A stretch of DNA of 64,000 nt from the human T2T-CHM13v2.0 reference genome, Homo sapiens: the NCBI RefSeq assembly GCF_009914755.1, contig NC_060935.1; one strand, given 5' to 3'. The translations under genes were made by a program, and so were the position numbers. How positions within the stretch are numbered: the stretch's first letter is position 1; each line of letters starts with the position of its first letter. Positions 1 to 14,600 of this stretch are shown piece after piece. The notes beneath the pieces are model-generated. The model ran no database searches, was not told the origin of the DNA, and saw nothing but the letters and a program-made list of their open reading frames with translations.

Positions 1-678
1 GCTGCTTTGGAAAATGGTCTGGCAGTTCCTCAAAAGGTTAAACATGTAATAACCATACGACCTAGAAATTCCACGCTTAGTTCCAGCCACACTGGAATGC
101 TCACATTTTCCAAATGTATACACTCAAGAGAAATGAAAACATTAAGTCTACACAAAAATTTGTACACAGATATCAGTAGCAACATTATTCATAATAGCTA
201 AAAGGCAAAAATTCAATGTCCATCAATTGATTAATGAATAAATGAAATGTGGTATATCCACACAATGAATTGTGTTATAGAAAGGAGTGAATTATGAATT
301 ATTCAGCCATAAAAAAAGTACTGCTACATGCTACAACATGGATGAACCTTGAAAACATTATGCTAGTTAAAAGACGTCACAAAAGATCAGATATTATATG
401 ATTCCATTTATACCAAATGTCCAGAACAGGCAAATCTATAGAGACATAAAGTAGATGAGTGGTTGCCTAGGGCTGGAGGTGGGCTGGGGGATTTGTGGAG
501 TAATAGCTAAAAAGTACAGGGTTTCTTTGGGGGCTGAAGAAATATTCTAAAATTGGTTGTAGTGATGGTTGTACAACTCTGAATATGCTGAAACCCAATA
601 AATTGTACACTTTAAGTGGGTGAATTGTATGATATATAAATTAGATCTCAAGAAAGCTGTTATCAAAAAAAAAAAAAA
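1..678 (+). mobile_element. Old L1M (L1MB/ME-type) 3' end with poly(A) tail, in RIC3 intron 1
   Basis: Typical L1M 3'UTR phrases (ggcagttcctcaaaaggttaaacat; atggatgaaccttgaaaacattatgcta; aattgtacactttaa) ending in an A-run at 665-678. Confidence 0.8.
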
Positions 679-708
679 GACTTCCCTCCTCTATGTTCTA
701 TGAAACCT

Positions 709-1030
709 GTTTTTTGGGGTTTTTTTATTTTTTTGTTTTTTTTTTTTTGGCAGAGTCTCACTGTGTTGCCCAGGCTGCAGTGCAGTTACACAATCACACC
801 TCACTGTAGCCTTGACCTCCAAACTTCAAACGATCCTCCCACCTCAGCCTACAGAGTACTACAGGTGCACACCACCATGCCCAGCTAATTGAAAAAAAAC
901 AAACTTATTTTGTAGAGATGGGGGTCTTGTTATGTGGCCCAAGCTGGTCTCGAACTCCCAGGCTCAAGCAATCCTTCCACCACAGCCTTTCAAAATGCTG
1001 GGATTACAGGCATGAGCTGTCACACCTGGT
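709..1030 (-). mobile_element. AluJ
   Basis: Antisense Alu body after a T-rich tail; TSD tatgaaacc on both sides. Confidence 0.9.
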
Positions 1031-1530
1031 TTATGAAACCCTTCTTAAGTCCCAATAACACTGACCATTGCATACATGTCTCCATTGTTCCCTGCGCAGA
1101 CTTGAGTAACTGTGACTGACACTCTTGCATTTATCTGCTAACATGTCTGTTTTGCATTTATCTGTTGACATGTCTACTTTCCTTTACTAAACTGTGGCCG
1201 CCTCAAAGCATGGAGTTCGCTCATTTTTTCTTGGAATACATAGTGTCTATACACTATGTGCACAGTATGTGATATGGTACATCATAAATATTTGTTAAAA
1301 GACTATCTTAAAGGCTTTCATGTGGAAAGGGAACTGTGCTTGTTTCATGCACATCAATGGGCAAAAATGGAAGACATAACAACATGTATTTTTAAGAATT
1401 TTCAAATACTCAGGGTTATTCCTTTCTTCAAAGCAGGGATTTCTGGGTTCTGAGAATTCTCTGAATTGATACTGAAATTCTGAGTACAATAAGAGTATGT
1501 ACCTTTTTCTAGAGAGAACATACAGTTTTA

Positions 1531-1910
1531 GGCTGAGTGCAGTTGCTCAAGCCTGTAATCCCAGCACTTTGGAAGGCTGAGGCAGAAGGATCACTTGAAC
1601 CCACGAGTTCGACACCAGCCTGGACAATACAATGAGACCCCCATCTCAACCAAAAACAAAAAAAATTTTTTTTAATTAGCCAGGCATGGTGGCATGTGCC
1701 TGTAGTCCCAGTTACTTGGGAGGCTGAGGTGGGAGGATCAGTTGAGCCCTAGAAGTAGAGGCTGCAGTGAGCTGTGATCATGACTCTGCACTCCAGCCTG
1801 GGTGACAGAGTGAGACCCAGGGAAAGGGAAAGAGAAAGGGAAAGGGGGCCAGGAAGAGAGGAAAGGAGGGAGGGAGGGACAGAGGGAGGAAGGAGAGAGA
1901 AAGAAAGAAA
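1531..1910 (+). mobile_element. AluJ with tail degenerated to a GA-rich tract (1820-1910)
   Basis: Dimeric Alu from ggctgagtgcagttgctca to gagtgagaccc. Confidence 0.88.
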
Positions 1911-2089
1911 ATACATAGCTTTTATAAGATTCTCAATGGTGTATGTAACCCCAAAATGGTTAAGATTTTTTGCTGCAAGTTTCAGTTACTGGAATGTACC
2001 ATTCAAGGTAAGTTTTTTCCTAGGTTATACTACTTCAGTAGCTTCTCCTTGTCAAAAACAGAATTTACAGTATTGGTAGCTTAATAATC

Positions 2090-2480
2090 TTAAAATATTT
2101 ATTGACTGCCCATTATATGCCAGGTACTGAAGAAACAGTGGTAAACAAGACAAAGTCCCTACCCTTGCAAACTTACATTCTAGAAGGTGAAGACAAAAAA
2201 ACAAACAAGTAAACACTTAAGAATATTCCATATCATATAGTGATGCCTATCATGAAGAATATAAAACATGATAAAATAGAGAATGATGGGAGAAAAGAGT
2301 TATTTTAGTTAGTGTCATCAGGGGAAGTCTCTCTGAGGAGGTTTCATTTGAGCAGAAATTTGAATGATGAGAAGGGCACTGAGGGAAAAGCACAGCACTT
2401 CAGGAATAAAGAGAACTGAAGGTACAAAGATCCTAACATGAGAACACTGAATACCAACACTTGAGTTCTCAAGGGAACAA
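2090..2480 (-). mobile_element. L2 3' fragment
   Basis: aatatttattgactgccc...tatgccaggtactg...gtaaacaagacaaagtccctacc, the typical antisense L2 tail. Confidence 0.6.
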
Positions 2481-3399
2481 CCCATGTCTAATCTCCACTC
2501 TACATTTTCTACAACGTTCAGAAGAGTGTCTCCCACTCACAGTCAATAGTACTTGTTCAAGATAATTCACCATAATGGAAAGTAAAAAAAAAAAAAAAAA
2601 AAGTTTTCGAAGAATCTTCACTGTTCAGGATCATCATGAATTTACTCTTCTTCAAAGTAGACAATATCATTAGACAAAGCAGGTAAAAATCTTTGGGATT
2701 ATTGCAATAAGACAGAAAGGAAAAAAAAAGAACAAATACGCAAAGATGTTTTAGAAGTCCCTCCCAAGTGGATAGTCTTACAAGCATAAAGATTATCAGG
2801 CAAATTCTGTAAACAGAATTATGTGTTCAACCTGCCCTCCACCCCTAAAGCTTGGTGCTTTGCATTTATAGTGTGTATGATGCTCAAGAGAATGGAACTA
2901 CAGTCAATGTGCATAAAGCAGACGGAAGTGGATTACAGTTCAAAAGGAGCTGTCCAGCAATCAACAGTTTAAACATTACTGGAAGTGTTCAGACACCGTA
3001 AAATCATGTCTCAAAGATATTACAAGGATAATTTACAGGAGAAAGTTACCAGTAGAACTTCATGACCTATAGAAAACTGTTCTGGTTCCTTCTCCCAGCC
3101 TTCAGCACCGTGCCTTTACACTCATTCTGTAAAAGGCCCCAGTGCAGCTAAGAGGATGAATTTTTAAACACCACATACATCATGCCAACAACGAAGAATT
3201 AACAGATAAATACTGTTTCAATAAGGGGAACGTAATAATTTGTTCATAACCACCTCAGTAACTGAAACTGGGGTTATTAAAATCTTCAAGATATATTTTT
3301 AAAGGCACAAGAAGAGCCTGAAGCAGTGAGCGCCCAGCACCAAGTTGAAAAAACATAACGACTTAAGGTTTGCTGTACCAATTCCATTTGCCTTGATTT

Positions 3400-4290
3400 C
3401 GTACCAAGCGGCGCGTCAGAAAGTACACGGAAAACCTAAAGAGGGAAACCCAACTGGGAACCCTTGACTCAAAGCACGTGAACAAATGGTGACGAGATGA
3501 GTTAAGCCAGCGGGGTAAGAGAGAAGGGACTGCGCCTAAACGGGAGTACGCAAGGCCACCTAGAGGATGCCCAGACCTGCATGCATACGTTCCTGACCCT
3601 TCCAGCAGCAGAACCATCTGGGCCGCCACCCGCTGATAACAACGGAACCGTGGGCATTGGCCCTTCAACGCCGTCTCGCCCGCCCTCTCCAGTCAGTTTG
3701 GTGGATATTTCGGTGAAGGCTGCAGACTCTCAGAGTCACCCCTCCCTCAAGCAGCGTTCTCCGTACTCTTCGGCGCCGGGAAGCTCAGAGGGAGCTGGCC
3801 TGCTCTTACCTTCAGGTGTCGGCGGCGGCTCCTGCCGCTTCCCGCGGGACAGGAAGGCCTTGGGCAGCAGCAGCGACAGAGCCAGGACAAGCCCAGAAGC
3901 CAGAGCGACTCTCTGCACTGTGGAGTACGCCATGACTGCTCACGGTGGTCGCAGGTGCAGACGCCAGCCGGAACCGGAACCGGAACCGGAGCACGGGCTG
4001 CCGCTCCCGACCGAACCGCGGGCGGCGCGGACGGCGTCGCGCGAGGGACAAGGTGCGCGAGGCGCACGCATCTTCACCTCCACTGTCGGGAGCTGACCTG
4101 CTCCTCCCGCGTGGTTACCCGTCGCTGTAAATGGTACCCTCGCCTTCCCGTTCATACTAACTAAAAACTCCTCCCTCACTCCCCATGTTCATCTTTTACT
4201 GAGTCCTGTGCATTCTACCGCCTACACATCCGGCGGTCGTGCCCGGATCTCTATCCCCACTTACCACCACTGCCCCCCACCCACCCGTAG
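3400..4290. promoter_or_regulatory. RIC3: CpG island / RIC3 promoter, possibly bidirectional
   Basis: Sharp rise in GC and CpG content around exon 1; no obvious TATA box; tandem CCGGAA ETS cores at 3968-3991. Confidence 0.85.
3810..3933 (-). CDS. RIC3: RIC3 coding exon 1 (nicotinic acetylcholine receptor chaperone; hydrophobic N-terminal signal segment)
   Basis: Translates MAYSTVQRVALASGLVLALSLLLPKAFLSRGKRQEPPPTPE(G), the RIC3 N-terminus; strong Kozak gtcATGG; donor GAAG|gtaaga at 3810/3809; 124 coding nt. Confidence 0.96.
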
Positions 4291-5330
4291 ATCACAACAT
4301 CCAGTTTCTCCTCATCTCCATGAACTCGCTGTCTTCCAGCTTCCACTCATGCCCCTCGCATTCATTATCCGTCTGCAGCTACAGGTGATAATGCTAAAAC
4401 ACAAGACTAATTCTCTTTCTCTCCAGCTTAAACCTTTTAACTCTCCATTATCTTCAGAACAATAGTTAAACTCCTTTCTATAACCTCAACGCCCTGCATG
4501 ATCTGGTCTTACCAATGCTCCTTCCAAACTGGATGATTTGCTATTTCTTTAGCATATTGCTTGTCTTCAGGGAAGCTTTGCTTGTCCTGTTCCCACTGCC
4601 TGGAAAATTCCTGACACCATCTCCAGTTGTCAAAAACTTCTCTGAAGAACAGCTTAAAAACACTGCTCTCTCGAAACGTTTTCAGTCAGCCTCTCCTTTC
4701 TCTACAATCCCACCGTTCTTTGTTACTCTCTTCATTCGTTCATTTAACATTATTTTAGTTTTTACTATGTATTAGACCCTCAACTTGGCACTACAGGGTC
4801 TGATGAATAAAATGGATTCCCTTTGTAGGACAGATAATTATCCAAACAAAAAAAATGCAGGAAATATTCTGGATCCCCGAGCAGTCTTCTCAACTGGTAC
4901 GAGGAAAAGTCAAGAAAAGCCCCTTTGAGAAGGTGAAATTGAGTTAGCTGTTGAAAAATGAGTAACTTATAGGCAGACAGGTGGGAGGGGTTAGAAAGGT
5001 ATTCCGGAAAAAGGAGGCCAAAAAAATAAAGGCAAATCTGGAAGCTTCCTGGTGTGTTCAGAAAGCTATTGGTAATTCATTTTGGCAGGGCCATAGAGTA
5101 GTGACAGGACACGAAGTGCACAAATATAAGCACGAGCTACATTGTGAAAAGCTTAGGTAGAACTTCCAGTTAAACATGACAGATGTAACATATGCATTTA
5201 TCTTTGCTTTCCTGGGACAGTGCCCAAAAAGGAAAATAAAGAAATAAAGTATATAAACTACAAGACTAAATGCAATGATAGAAAACATGACAGCAGATGA
5301 GAAATGTCAATTTTGTAAGACGCACACAAC

Positions 5331-5470
5331 ACTGTCCAATAGACACATAATACCAGCCACATATGTAATTTAAATTTTTCCAGTAGCCACATTTAAAAAG
5401 TAAAAATAAGTAAAATTTATTTTAATAATATTTTAAACCAAGATAGCAAAAATATTTCAAATTTTATCAG
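5331..5470. mobile_element. hAT-Charlie MER33/MER3-like fragment
   Basis: actgtccaatag...gccacatatgtaatttaaatttttccagtagccacatttaaaaagtaaaa. Confidence 0.55.
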
Positions 5471-5687
5471 CACGATAGTGTGGCTCGTTGGCGCCCACAG
5501 TAGACAGCGCAGGTGTAGAGCATAAAAAGTTAAATGCCTGTGGACTGAAAGCCTGTAAGGAGTGAACTAATTTGCCCCTCAGAACCCATGCTCTTAAGAA
5601 TTGGAGGTACTGGGTTCCTTTAAAGCCAAGGGTGCAGAGTGGGTCTGAATGAAGGATTGGCTGGAAATCTGATTAAAAAGCAGTTGA

Positions 5688-6045
5688 GACTGGGCACAGT
5701 GGCTCACACCTATAATCCCAGGGCTTTGGGAGGCCAAGGCTGGAGGATGGCTTGAGGCCAAGAGTTCAAGGCCAGCCTGGGCAACATAGGGAGAGCCCTA
5801 ATCTCTACCAAAAAAATGTAAAAAATTAACCAGGCATGGTGGTGTGCACCTGTAGTCCCAACTACTCAGGAAGCTGAGGTGGGAAGATCACTTGAGCCCA
5901 AGAGTTTGAGGCTGCAGTGAGCTATGATTGTGTGAAACCACAATTAATTATGATATATAAGATGATAATAATGCCTGAATGAAGCCAGTAGGGGCACCCA
6001 CTCCAGCCAGGGTGACAGAGTGAGACCCTGTCTCTAAAAAAAAAA
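5688..6045 (+). mobile_element. AluJ interrupted by a ~66 bp non-Alu insertion (5933-5998)
   Basis: Alu right arm breaks after gagctatgattgtg and resumes at cactccagcc. Confidence 0.9.
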
Positions 6046-6179
6046 TTGTTTGATTTTTTTAAAGCAATGGATATCTTCTGAATCTCTTTCCTTGATTCAT
6101 GCAGCCAGATGGGTGCCACTGCTGGCTTCACTCGGGCATTATTATCATTGATGTTATTAACATCACTAAAAGTTAGAGT

Positions 6180-6395
6180 ACTAATTATGTTTTAGGCATC
6201 TTACATATCATAATTATTCCTCCCAATAACTTCAAGAGGTAAGCAATATTATTATATACCCATTTCACAGGTAAGAAAATGGAGCCCCAGAAAACATAAT
6301 TTACTTGCCAACAATTACACAGTATAAACTGGATGCTATGATTTGAACACAGGCATGCTTACTCAAGAATTTGCCCTCTTAGCTACCAGGTTTAC
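6180..6395 (-). mobile_element. MIR
   Basis: MIR core: attattatatacccatttcacaggtaagaaaatggagccc...gatttgaacacagg. Confidence 0.65.
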
Positions 6396-7022
6396 TGTCT
6401 GGGGAGGTTTAGTCAGAAAACCTCTGGACTCCTGGACTATAGATGCAGCTTAGGGAGGAGGTGACTAATGGGATGTGGTCTCTAAGAAATACAGAGGGGT
6501 CTGGAATGACCACACTCCCCCCCGCCCTCCGCCACCAAATTCTAGCTTGGGTAAATGGTAGACATTAATTCTATATAACATGATTTTAAGAATAGAAGAA
6601 TCAGGTTTGTGAGAAAGATGAAGAGTTCAGATTTTGACTAGCTGAATTTGAAGTTCCATGAAATATCCAAGTAGAAATATCCAGTTGGATATATGGGCCT
6701 GGAGCTCAGAAGAGATGTTTGGGCTAGAAACAATAGGAAATCATCAGCCCATCTATAGTAAATGAAGTCTAGGAGAAGATGGCATTAGTGAGAGTGCTCA
6801 TGTGAAGTTGTAAGAAGCCACAATGGAAACCTAGGTTACAACATTATGTTGAAGTTCCCATGTATGAGGACAGAAATGAGGTGGGAAATAGTGATCCAAG
6901 TGTTAAAATCTTTAATGAATGTGGAGTTACTACAAGGTTGGAAGGTGACAGGAACAGAAGAAGTAATGAGCAGCCAGATGACATGCTCTTCTAAGGAGCT
7001 GTGTTTTTTTTTAATTGTTTAA

Positions 7023-7338
<316 letters not shown>

Positions 7339-7523
7339 AGGAGCTACGGTTTTTAAAGGAAGAAGAGGAAGAAGCAATTTGGAAGCAGCAAGGGGAAACA
7401 AGTTGGGCATCTATTCTATTCCCAGGCTTTAAGCTGTGGGAAGAAAAATAGCTCTTACTTTGGGAGATCTGCAAGGGAAACAGAACCCAGAGGCAACAGC
7501 CTAGTTTTCATTAGAGGAAGACA

Positions 7524-7930
<407 letters not shown>

Positions 7931-8346
7931 TCAGAAATGGAGTCAGAGTAAAATATGAAGTGAGCAGGATGGAGATGAGGGGCAGTGTGCAAACTGATGA
8001 CCTTGGGGGCTTGGACTTTAGATGGTGGCCAAGGTAAATGGGCAGAGATCATGATCTCATTAGTCCTAGAAGTGGCCTAGAGAAAGGTGAAAACACAAAG
8101 TTATAGTACAGAGTATTTGGCTTGGAACATATTCATTGTTGCAGTCAGTTGGGATGTGCACCTGGAAGACATGGAAGCCTCCTTAAGGCGACAGAGCTGG
8201 TAGGCAGCTCATGGAGCTGGGGCAGCTTGGAGTGGGACCTGGGATGGCTGCTCTCTCTGGTGGCTGGTGGTATAACATCAGAGCTGGGAGTGCACTAAAA
8301 TTGAAGATCTTAAGGGTTTAGGTTTTCCAATAAAGTATTGGTAGGG

Positions 8347-8666
<320 letters not shown>

Positions 8667-9734
8667 TCAAAAATCAAAAGTCTAATGGCTATAGGCTGAA
8701 GAAGGAGCAAATGACAAGGAAGTAGAGATGGCAAGTACAGCCCACTGTATATGGAGCTGGCATGAAAAGAAGGGATAAAAGTTACAGTGATAACTTGAGG
8801 GTGACTTTTCTAAGGGAAGAGAAAAGCATGTTTACATATTTAGAGGAAAAATGTCAGAAAAGAAGTGATGGAAAATAGCAGAGCAAGGGAGACCAATGTA
8901 GGAGCAAAGCCCAGATTGTGGAGCAGACATGGGAGCCAGACATTGAGTCCCCTGGCAGTAGGGATCAGCTCAGAGAAAAGGAGATGGAGTGGGTTCAGGT
9001 GCATTAATAAAAGGAGTGGGGCAGGGACAGAAAGTCAAGGGGGTTCATTTCTCATTGCCTTCATTTTCTTGGTAAAGGATATGTTTGGGCCATTATCTGA
9101 GAAAGGACTCAGGGTGCAGTGGGAGGAATTTTTGAGTGTAGTGAAGGTTTGGAAATGGGCAAAGAGGTATTCAGGAATCACTCCAGCTTTGCACAGGGGC
9201 TCTCTTTGGAGTTTAAATGCAACCAAGGATTTTCTGCTGTAAATGCAACCAAGGATTTTCTGCTCCGTCCCTGGGAACTTAAAAGTATTTTCTAACCAGT
9301 ACATTCTGGGCTGAACTTGGCATCCCCAAAGCATCCTTTGAGACTGGTAGCCTCCAAGGGGCCCATTCTAGAAGACTGAAGGTGGTCAGGGGACGGGAGA
9401 CCGAGAGGCCCTTAGGGATTAGTTGTCAGTTGTCTCAATTCTCTTTTTATTAGATTAAAGGGAAAACTGGGGTCTACAAAGGGGTAAAGATTTGCTATGG
9501 ATCACCCTGATCATTCATGTCTGCACTGGGATTGAAACCCAGTTCTCCCAACTCCCAGAGCAGGATTCTTTACGCTACTTCTGCTGTGTCTGCCAGTTCT
9601 TTCGGACAGCAAAGAGGAAATAGTCTTCAAAAACAATAGCTAAACCCTTCATTTGCTGAACTTTAGAAATCTGTTTATTCCTTGGGTCTTTTTCCTATCT
9701 GACAGCCTGTGGGAAAGTGCCCCAGAATGTTTAA

Positions 9735-10146
<412 letters not shown>

Positions 10147-11169
10147 AGGAAACTATATTTCTAGGGCATTTACTTATAAGTCATTGTGGAAAAGCTTCTC
10201 CCGGGATTAAGTTGACAGCCGTTTATTTCCTAAATATAAGGTCTCCCTGGAAGACAGGCCCATGAGGAGCTGAAGAAAGAAGTGGGAGGACAGAGGAGAA
10301 CTCACACAAGGTATTTGGAGGAGGAAGAATTCAGATTGGAAAATAAAAATAAGGTGGGAGAGAAGCTGGGGAGGGGTGGGAAGAAAATAGAGGAAAGAGG
10401 AAGAAGACCAAGAAGGAAGAAAACGGACATGAAGTGGTTGCCTTCTTATGAACTCCCTGCAAGGGAAACAGAGCCCAGAGGCAATAGCCTAGTTTTCAAG
10501 AGACTCCATGGTCTCCTAAGTCTTATCCAGTGTGCTTTACCCTCCAGACCAGGCTGGAATCTGAGCTTGGGATCCTCTCCTGCTCAAAAGCCTTCCATGA
10601 CTCCCTTTGGCTGCCATATTTAGTCTCAGCTCATTGGCCACTCTTTCAAGGACCTTCATCCTTGAAGCATAATTCATTTCTCTTGCCCAAAATCATCCCC
10701 TCCTCTCTAGGCCAGCATGAGCTCTGTGTATTCCTCCCTTAAGATGCTCCTTTACCCAATTTTCTTCCCTCCTTGCCTTTCATAGCCAATCTTCCCTAAA
10801 ATATAAGGCCCAAACACTATGAACTTTTTTCAGGAGGCTCTCCCAGATTCCACCCCATGCTGACTCTTCCTTTCACTAGATTCCTGTGGACACTGTTTCT
10901 CATGGGTTTACTGGGCCTTTTCACCTAGTTGGGAGTCCCGGGAGGATAGGGTGCTCCTCCCATGGCATGACTGAGCACAGAACTTGTTCACAGCAGATAC
11001 TTATTCAAGTATGAGGCTGCTAGTTTCTCAAACACATTGATTCTGCCACTGCTCTGAGCAACTAGACCTCTCTCCAGGAATCAGCAATGAGTTGCCTTGA
11101 AGAAACACCCCAGAGAGTCTCATTTCAAAAAGTCACTGACTTTGCCACCAAATTTGTCCCTGAAGTGAC

Positions 11170-11967
<798 letters not shown>

Positions 11968-13879
11968 ACTGTGGAGTCCCCATTGTGGAGAGTCATACAC
12001 CTTACACAGGCAGGAAATCAAGGTGGTTAGCAGGAAAATGAGACCCAGGTGCCCAAAACACTGAGCAGAAGGGAGCAAGGCCTGTAACTCCAAAGTTTAG
12101 AATGAAGAGGTTAGAGAAGGAAAGCAGGAGATGGGACAGAATGCACAGAACAGCATATGGGACCTGGACTTTGAACGATGGGTAGAATTTTGATCAGGGT
12201 TAACGGAAATATGATGAACACCTGCCAATAGTAGACATCCACAATCTTTGAATACCCTTTCTTCATTTGACATTATCCACATTGAGAGTCTCAGGTTCTC
12301 AATGTAGAATCCAACAAACTACATTTCCTGGCCTCTCTTGCTACTAGGCAAATAGTTAACTGTTTCCCCGATCAGACATACCCGTGTCCAACTTTGGTTT
12401 GAAAGTTATCTGTGAGAGGAAACAGCAGTGCTTGCTTGGCCTACCTCTTTTGGTGGGTGAGGCGGCAGCAGAGGTGGGACGTTCCTGTGGCTGGTAGCGG
12501 CCACAACGCAGTTTCCTGACAGGCAGAGCAGAGGCCATGCAGGTCTGGGATCTGTGGCACTGGAGCTTCCTTACGAGGCCAGTTCTGTGGTGTGGTTCTG
12601 GGAGTTATTCCAAGCTCTGGGGCCCTAGTTTTCTCATCTGTGAAATGGAGACTGTTCTGCCTCCCTCCCACTGAGCTAGCAAATGTGATGGAGGCTGGAA
12701 GGCAATCACGTGTGAGACAAAAACAGCAACAGCTGCTGCCGCTCAAAGGCAAGTCTGAAGAAAGAAAATTGGAATCAGAAAAGGGAAGAGTTTTTGAGGA
12801 AAACCTTTGGGAGGAAGCCTCTAGAAGGCCCATATTTCTTATCCTAAAGCTCTACCCAAATGGGGACAGGTGGGCAAAGGTTAGGGGTACGAGGATAGAA
12901 GTTTCTTGGTGGTGAGTGGTCAAGGTGAGAATGTCCTTACTGCTTTCCTGCCAACTCTCCTCACTGGCCTCTGCCCCTGAAAGACGCAGAGCAGAGAGAA
13001 GTCACAGTCGGTTACCTTGGGCATTTCTGCCTTGAATAAGGAGAAATAGTCTTTGGTGCCAATTAATTAAGCAAACTGATAGAAATTCCCTGCTTAAGTC
13101 ACACTTTGCATATCCACAATCTCTGCACTACATTTTCTGTATACTTTACCCCTGGGTAAAAATTGGTGAGTATTTAAATGCTTCCTCACATAATCTTGCT
13201 AAAGCACACTCTTGCCTATAAATATTCATGCCACTGCCAAAACATTTGCAAGCTTTCCCCAAAGGTGAAATGTGTGTAATGTACTTTGTCTTCTGGGTAT
13301 AAATATTATCCAATACATTTTGGTTAATATGAATACACTAATTATTCCTGCAACCCTTTTAAAAAGGGTCATCTTCATGATGTGAATTTTTTAAAAATGT
13401 AATTACAATAATTGGATACTTAATCTAATTAAAATTTGCTTTATCTTTAATGGGAATTTGTCTAAAGAGGCAGAATGACAATTGGCTTTTTGATAATGAC
13501 TGTTTTCTTTCTTCAGGGGATCAAGCTGGTGAAAACTGGAGAACCAGGCAGGTTTGTGTCTGCCAGTTCCCTGCTTACTGGGCAGAGCAAGGCCAGTCTC
13601 TCTTCTTCTTACAATTCACTACTTAAGTAGCAAACATGGGTTGTGGTTACTGGAAAAGGACTAGGGGAACCTTTTGTATTCCAACAGATGAAGCTGCTCC
13701 TCTTCCTAGGAAGCAGTCCTTTGTTCCCCCGGACCTGTGACTGATCCACAGCAGGCATGTGATCTAAGCCTGATAGATCAGGTCCCTCGCTGGGCTTGCT
13801 GCAGCTGGAGAAGCAGCAGCTCCATGCTGCTTTGGGGGGGGCATGGTGCTGGAAGGAGTTGTAGTGGATGGTATAGGTG

Positions 13880-14313
13880 CTCCACTCATATCCCATTGGT
13901 TCACCCTTGAGGTCATCTTCAGACAGTCCCTGCACACAAACTGAGCTCCTATGTCTCTCTGCATAAAGCTGCTTCTCTGGCCTGGGGAGCAAGCTAGGGA
14001 GAGTTACCACTCCCAGAGCAACTCTTAAACAACGAAGGAGAGGAGCTGGCAGATAAACACCTCAGCTTCCTTGTTCTTCAGGGGCTCAATTCTGAGTGGT
14101 GCTCCACACATTCTTTTTGAGGCATCCCAGTAGGATTGAGATCTACTTGCTCCAGCTGTAACCCACTCACCGAGACACCCGTTTGGGGTTTCCGCCCCTT
14201 CTTTGTCTCACTTACCTGCTCTCTCATTTTGCTTCTGGTGTCATCTTCCAAATAAAGTGGTACACCCAAACTTTTGCCTTGGAGTTTGCTTTGAGGGGAG
14301 CCCAAACTAAGAT
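13880..14313 (+). mobile_element. LTR16-like (ERVL) LTR
   Basis: 3' end aaataaa...tttgctttgaggggagcccaaactaagata resembles LTR16 termini. Confidence 0.45.
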
Positions 14314-14469
14314 AGAGGAAAAGTTGGGGTTCCCAGGCAACTATTTTCTCTACCACATGGAGTAGGTCTGTTTGAAGAAGGTGAGAGAGAAGCTAGCAAA
14401 AATAAGGGGGGTGGAGAGCGAGCTTGGTGGTGCCGAATGGTTTCACCCCCAGGACTCCTTTTGTTCCCT

Positions 14470-14600
14470 CTCATTCTTTGATTCTCGAAGCTGCCCTGAA
14501 CTCTTCCCAGCCATGTGAACCAATACATTCCTCCCTGTATGTGTTAAGCTTGCTTGAATTGGATTTCTGTCTCTTGCAACTGAAAGTATTAATGACTCTT
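14470..14600 (+). mobile_element. MLT1 (MaLR) LTR 3' fragment
   Basis: atgtgaaccaatacattcctc...ttggatttctgtctcttgcaactgaaag. Confidence 0.5.

Noticed and set aside
3101-3109. REST/RE1 left half-site TTCAGCACC in RIC3 intron 1
   Set aside because: No adjacent GGACAG right half; a lone half-site is weak evidence
3581-4096. 171 aa + strand ORF antisense to RIC3 exon 1
   Set aside because: GC-rich island with few stops, no recognisable domain, and it overlaps a real exon on the other strand
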